Positions 58,907 to 64,000 of a stretch of 64,000 bases of DNA are shown in pieces (the first letter of the stretch is position 1; each line of letters begins with the position of its first letter). A model generated the notes under the pieces. The model searched no databases and was not told the DNA's origin. It saw nothing but the letters and a program-made list of their open reading frames with translations. Source of the stretch: Oikopleura dioica (taxonomy: Eukaryota; Animalia; Chordata); assembly GCA_907165135.1 (NCBI GenBank), contig OU015566.1, positions 3,224,001-3,288,000 on the forward strand, given 5' to 3'. Both the position numbers and the translations under genes were made by a program.

Positions 58907-59163
58907 GATTCAATCCCTCTGTTATCAATTCTGTATCTTTCAAAATTCGCGAGAGAAAAATCGTATTTGAAGAGAGATTTGGTAAAAAATGTTTATTTCC
59001 TCCGGCAGCAAACTTTGGAGCCCACAGACATGATTTTGTCACGTTACATTGAATTGACGCGAATAAAAACGCAGGAAGAATTTCAATGCAAATAACAGTT
59101 TTGCTGATCTTTTTATTTTTTGATTTATAGTGGTCATTCGCTTTTTTCTTGGAGGAAAGATGG

Positions 59164-60217
59164 TTAATCCTCGTTGTTGTTTTCTGAAGATTCGAGTCGG
59201 TTTTCGAGCTTTTCTTGAATCGCGCCGATGATTGATCCCAACCAAGCGAGGCTAGAACATTTGATGAAAAAAGCCAAAAGAAGAATGTTTTCATACCCGA
59301 GATAAATGAAAATCACAATGCCAAATTGATAGTTGCTTCCTGGGGTAACAGAATAATCCCCGAATCCAACAGTAGTAAACGTAACCACCATGAAATACAG
59401 AGCCTCAAAATAGGTCCAGCCTTCTACCAAGCAAACGATCATGGCAGGGATGCAGATGAAGAAGCCAATGCCGAAAAGAAGGACGAAGAGAAATTTCAGA
59501 AAAAGAGGAATCTTTTCGAAGCGTCGTCTTATTTTCTTCCGAATAAATGTATACTTAAAATATTTTTCATGCTATTTTTTAGATAAAAACTTACGAGTTT
59601 GGCGATTTCTCCAAGAAGAGCGCCGCAAAGAACGATTCCCGGTATCACATAAAAAATAAAGAAAATTCTGCCTCCCACAGTCTAAAGTCCTTTTTAACAT
59701 GAACTCGTAGCTTGACAAACCTTAGGCGCAGTGTTTCCGTAACCAATAGTGGTCACGACGGTCATCACGAAATATACAGCGCTTTTAGGTGTCCAGTTCA
59801 TCGGGCAAGGCTCCTCCGGATCTTCTTTGAACATAGAAATAGGGACGCCTTTTCCTGCGTATTCCTCTGCCGTTGCGATGATATCCGTTAGGTTCTTTTC
59901 GGACAGGACGAATTGCCCGTCGGAATTGATCTCGAAGGAATCCCGCATTTCAACAAGCGCCCTTTGAGATTCTTTGCAGCGGATTATTTCTGCTGGGCCT
60001 TCGAGCTTTCCGAAGGAAAAGGTACCAATGATGACATAAATGATGAAGGTTAAAAAAACGAAGCTTTTTTAAAATGTCAATTTTTCAGTGAAAAATATTT
60101 ATGATCAAAAATAAATGACACTTTCCAAGGACGTCGCCATTTTCCCTTCTTTACCGAGCATTTTCCCTCTTCTTCTTTTCGTCCCACCACCTCGCGATTG
60201 ACTTCTCTCGTTTCCAT
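59164..60217 (-). CDS. K2P potassium channel, copy 2
   Basis: Same as 4347-5400. Confidence 0.92.
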
Positions 60218-60591
60218 TTTCGGAAAACGAACTTTTTTTGATTAATTTCTCGATTCTTTGTTATCGTTAAAATAGTTTTAGGTGGTCTTGATTGCGGCCT
60301 GCCTCGAAACTAATAAACTTCTGACAACAAGCTGTTGCCGTATTATGCCATAAATTTTATTTTCTTTGTTACGTTCGAGACGAATTTTAAGGTCAGCACC
60401 TTTCCGCATTGTTGCTTTCAAGTTCAGAGCCTTTCAAAGGCAGTTGTGAATATTCATTAGTACAGTCGTTCTCTGACTATAAGGCAAATATATAACGAGA
60501 ACCAGAGCAAATAGAGATTCTGTAACGACTGCTTTTTCGAGTAAAAAGAACTCTCATTATAAGATCACGTCTTTTTTTTGACATTTTGTTC

Positions 60592-62729
60592 ATGCGAGTA
60601 ACCACTCATCCAGAGGAATTGGCAAGAGAAAATGTCGAAAAATGGTTGCCAAATTTTACGCGGAAACTCAGGCGATCAACAAGTAGAAATGATTTAGACA
60701 GGCTCATTTTATCTGTCGAAAGAATGGAATTTTATAATCATGATTGTGCAAATTGGACTCAAGTTCTTTTTGAAGACCAACATTCATATGAAATGGGGGG
60801 AAAAATTCTCGGAAGCGAAGAATTGCTTCTTGATGTATTTGAGCCGACAGCATTTCAAAAAGAGATTCTCGCTAGAAACCCACAATTGAAAGGAAAATTG
60901 ATCGAGCGAAAAGACTTGAATGAAGAAACTGGAGAATGGCTACTTGATGAATTTCTTGCTGAGAAAACGATTTCAATTGGGGGCGAAGCGATTATTTTGA
61001 CGGAAAATTTCGAGGGCTTCGAAGTCGCTGTTCGCGTTCAAGCGTTTGACCCGTTTCTTTTTACAAATGATCTGAATGATGACGACTTGAGATTTGAGAT
61101 TCATCTTTCAAACGGCTACGAAATAGCGGAGGATAATTCTGAAGATGATGATGATGATGATTCACAAGTGATTCCATTTCATAAAAATCTCGTCAAAAAT
61201 TCCTGCAATATCGAATTTTTCGCAAGTGAAGATTGGGAAAAGCAAGACTGCTTAGGGTGGATCACAATTATGGAAAGATGCGACGGCGATTTAAGAGGTA
61301 GACTAAAAGCAGACGATTTGGCATTTGAAGAGCGAAAGAAAATCGCGATTGGAGTCAAGGAAGGAGACGATTATTTGGAGAGAATTGGAATTACGCATTT
61401 CGACCAGAAGCCGGAAAATATTCTTCTCGTCAATGGGGTGCCAAAATGGAGTGATTTCGGAATCGTCTGGGATCGCTCAGGAAGAGAAAGCTATCGAAAA
61501 CTTGGTTACGTCAGAAGAGGCAGCAGATTTTCAAATTATCGATGTCTTTGTAAGCTTTCCATTTATTTTTCAAAATTGTTCATTTTAGATTCGGGATCTC
61601 CGGCCTTTTCATTGAATTGGCAGCTCTGTGGAACCACCGGAGAATATTTTTCGAATATTTATGTTTTTATTCTGTGCGAGTGGAAAACTGCATGGAATCT
61701 TTGCTTCAGCCCAGTTTCACATGATCAAGCGGAGAAAATAAAGAGAAAACTAAAAGTTTGTCCAGATATTTTTTATTTGAACCGTCGATTTCTCTTTAAG
61801 ATCTTGAACGCTGAATGGTTATCAAATAAAACTTTCAAAATTGACGACATCGAGAAGTTATCGAAAGCCATCACAATCAAAAACGCTCATTTTTATTATT
61901 GTCTGGAGAACCAAAGTTTTACGAAGTCGCTTGAAATGGAAAATTTGAAACATCGACTAGCTAGAATGATGGATCTTGAATTCGAAAACTTGACGACGAA
62001 AAATATTGCTCAGAGAGAACGATTCCTTTCCGTCCCATTTTCTGTCAGCATTCTTGTTCGATGGACCATCAAAAATGACCTTCAGACGACTGATATAAAA
62101 ATGGAGAGCAAATATTCTCTTCACAAAATTTTTATAATCTTGACGATGGTTATTTACCCACGAAGCTTGCTGGGATTTAATCTGAATCCAAGAAACGCTA
62201 AGGGGGATTTTCAAACGACCGATGTCGAGATACTCCTAAAAAAGGCTTAAATATCCATCTTTTTTGAACAAAAGTGGCTTTGACATTTTCAAAGAAAGTG
62301 GCGATTTAGAGGGAGAGCTTGATTTTCAGCAAGGTTTGTTTCATAATTGTCATCGTTTTTATTTTTTTTCTAGTTCTTCTTCATCAAAACTTTCATTTCA
62401 CCCGCCCGTTGAGTGTAACTGGCGCTTATCTGGATTCCAAAGGAAGCGTCATTTTCCACCAAATGCTTCTTGCCGGAATCGAATACAATGAGTACATTTT
62501 GCAAAATACGCTCAGTGCAGCTTCATCATCGCAAATAAGAATCCCTCTTGACCGACGATACTACGCCTCTTACAAGATGACCAGATATTGCTACGACAAT
62601 TACAACGACCTCATTTACTACGGACCAAAAAATGAATTTATTAAATTGGCGAATGAGCAAATCAATATGAAAAAAGAAGTCTGGCATCTTCTTCCCCAAG
62701 CCTATTCAATTATTCTTACTGATAAATAA
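60592..62729 (+). CDS. Divergent kinase, copy 2, with a +1 frameshift (A6) near 62240
   Basis: The ORF stops at 62250 (LLKKA*) where copy 1 reads LLKRLKYP. Confidence 0.8.
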
Positions 62730-63586
62730 AGCTTTTTCCTGATAGCATCTTAATCCCTGTTTACAATCAAACGTTATTTCAACCACTCGTAAATAAGAGC
62801 GAGGTTGGCAAAATTCATCCATAAATCCGAGAGCTTATTTGACCTGTGAAACGATTTTGCATTTTTCCGAGATCAACAAGGTTCATGAAGATTCAAATGC
62901 AGGTTATTTTCATCAGCAGGATTAATATCTTTTGAATTTTCGATAAAGCATTTCAGTGATATATTTCCCTAGTCAATAGAATTGAAAGAAAATACTATCT
63001 TTTGAAAGCATTATTTAATCAACTCAAATTCGAGACACACATTAAATTGTGACAGACTCATCGAGAATTGGAGCCAGTGAATGATGTCTAATGACTTTGA
63101 TTTGAGCAATCTTCGAAAACAATTTTCCCCATTCATCTTAGTTCGACCGTAAATCTGTGCTTCCGATTTATGGTTTTTCTTTTAACGATTGTTGACGTAG
63201 CCTACAAAATCCTCTCGAAATATTGCTTTCAATGATCGTCAATAATCGTAATAACATTTAATATTTTTAAACGTCATTTTGACATTGTAAAACTTGATTT
63301 TCCAAAGAAACTGATATAATTTCCTTCGGTATTAAAAAAGCAATAAACATTTGTTTCGATTAGTTTTTTTCTGAATTGATACAAATACAAGGCCGAATCT
63401 ACGAAACAAGCTGCCGACAACATAATTCTCAAGATTTATCGGAGGATAAGCCCTTAATTTTTATCAGCCTGGACGGGCATTGTAGATTAATCTCGCTGCA
63501 GATCGTAAAAGCTTAAGCTCCTGGTGTTGTAGCGCTACGTGAGCGATCATAATATCAGTAGAGAAAAAAACGAAACGAAACTACGA

Positions 63587-64000
63587 ATGAAATATAAAGT
63601 TTGTAAACAAAATTAATCAAAAGATAACAGAACAAAAGTTTGAAACTTAAACTTAAAATTTTCTTTCTTTTTTTATGAAATCTTTAGTTCTTCCTGGGCA
63701 TCCTGTGCCTAGGAACAGTATCCTGCCTTGGAGTAACCGACCTCACTTGCGCTGAAAACTCTGATTGCTACGCATACAATGCTTTTTGCAATTCAACAAC
63801 CTTGACTTGCTACTGCAACGATGCATTCTCCTACTACCTTACCCCGCAAGACCCCGAAATCGAAGTCAATGGGCAATTATTGGAAGAAACATGCGTCTTA
63901 AAAACTCGTAAAGTCCCCCTTTTGCCCTCCGTCCAAATCAAGGCCAATTTAGCTTGCGACTTTTACGTGGAGGAAAATGGCCCGTGCCCTGCTAACTCGA
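63587..64000 (+). CDS. EGF/mucin gene, copy 2, 5' part (cut by the window edge)
   Basis: Same as 8770-9183. Confidence 0.85.

Larger units (their letters stand above)
54819..64000. repeat. Copy 2 of the ~54.8-kb-period direct repeat (matches 1-9183)
   Basis: See copy 1; the match runs to the window edge. Confidence 0.98.

Overview
Compact, AT-rich eukaryotic DNA with many 35-70 nt introns, several GA-AG introns and a connexin gene (a chordate-restricted family). This combination points to a larvacean tunicate, most likely Oikopleura; the species call is inference. Two structures dominate the window. (1) Bases 1-9183 recur at 54819-64000. The only differences I found are four homopolymer-length changes, so this is either a very recent ~54.8-kb tandem duplication or a circular/over-assembled contig. 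(2) A 17.1-kb DNA transposon (40812-57956) has ~280-bp terminal inverted repeats, GGG...CCC ends and an odd-length target duplication (ATT). It sits one base before a splice donor inside the connexin gene. It encodes a spliced Sola2-like DDD transposase with N-terminal zinc fingers and a fused C-terminal Ulp1/C48-like protease domain. Its cargo includes a second, apparently intact SENP-type SUMO protease, a small mucin-like membrane protein, a coiled-coil gene and several orphan genes. The two arms are transcribed largely towards a central array of ~26 x 56-bp hairpin repeats. Host genes: two-pore K+ channel, divergent kinase with a papain-like tail, EGF/Thr-mucin protein, multidomain astacin, Met-like receptor tyrosine kinase, a 42-aa Cys/His peptide, galactose-3-O-sulfotransferase, PLAT-domain modules, NR5A nuclear receptor, KRI1 and a duplicated secreted orphan. 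At least seven MITE-like insertions are also present. All gene models were spliced by eye, no database searches were run, and CDS coordinates span introns.
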